DNA of 64,000 bases from positions 930,001-994,000 of the forward strand of contig CDLV01000015.1 in the NCBI GenBank assembly GCA_001244265.2. Direction: 5' to 3'. Below the pieces are notes generated by a model. It had not been told where the DNA came from. It ran no database searches and worked only from the letters and a program-made list of their open reading frames with translations. Of the stretch, positions 63,434-64,000 are shown piece by piece. Source of the stretch: Microbotryum violaceum (taxonomy: Eukaryota). The position numbers were made by a program, and so were the translations under genes. Within the stretch, counting starts at the first letter, position 1; the number at the start of each line of letters is the position of its first letter.

Positions 63434-64000
63434 TGACAAGCGTGTAATCCAACCGTCACTTAATTGCATATGATAATAGCCGTAGTGCTAGATGTACGTA
63501 CCTGACGAGCGTGTAATCCAACCGTGGAGAGAAGACAATGGTTGGTGCGCATCGCCAGGCTTCACTAAACAAACGCGCGCTTCTAATCAAATAACCGATA
63601 GCCGCCTTCCTGCTAATCCTCATTCACAACACGCCAACTCGCCCCTTCACGCGATGAATCTATAAGCCCCATCGCGTGTACAAACTGATAGTGCTTCTGT
63701 GTCCCGAGCCCCTTGGTGAGGACGTCCGCAGCCATGGTGCCTGTGGGCACCCAGACCATCTCGATTGTGCCTTCCGTGATGTGGTACCGGATGAAGTGAA
63801 AGTGGATGCCAATATGTTTGGTACAAGCATGGAAAGCCGGGTGCTTGGCCAGAGTGATGGCGGACTGGTTGTCACCCCGCAAACGAGTCGGAGCGGTCTG
63901 CTTGAAGCCAAGATCCGCAAGCAAACGACGTAACCAAATCCCCTCGCGAGCGGCGTATGACATGGCCACATACTCGGCCTTGGTACTGGAGAGGGTGACG
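63434..64000 (-). mobile_element. 3' end of a third Ty1/copia element
   Basis: RNase H (STKAEYVAM, GDNQSAI, TKHIGIHFHFIR, ADVLTKGL); candidate 3' LTR TGTTG...TGTCA ~63434-63630. Confidence 0.88.

Overview
Eukaryotic, almost certainly fungal DNA (short GT-AG introns, FunK1-type kinases; basidiomycete-like by inference), from a repeat-dense region with no housekeeping genes. Most of it is nested mobile elements: one Ty3/gypsy, three Ty1/copia, a ~1 kb TRIM with three solo LTRs, two LINE 3' ends, two Ngaro/DIRS-like remnants and a composite Helitron with clean TC...CTAG ends. The notable part is an ~11.56 kb cassette present as a tandem duplication (939-7861 = 12496-19418) and as an inverted copy (38674-~48030). 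It carries Helitron Rep/PIF1 fragments and two paralogous FunK1-type genes (nuclease-like domain + kinase) with complementary motif loss. Gene K1 keeps HRD..N and the DxD motif but lacks the nuclease ExK. Gene K2 keeps PD...EIK but lacks the DxD aspartate. Between otherwise near-identical cassette copies, both genes differ almost only in the homologous last (C-lobe) exon, and an orphan last exon lies next to the inverted copy. My hypothesis is a mobile, diversifying two-gene toxin/antidote or self/non-self module. A short LTR-like repeat with an internal tRNA-like Pol III unit is also present. All alignments and counts were done by eye, and single-base homopolymer indels may be assembly errors.
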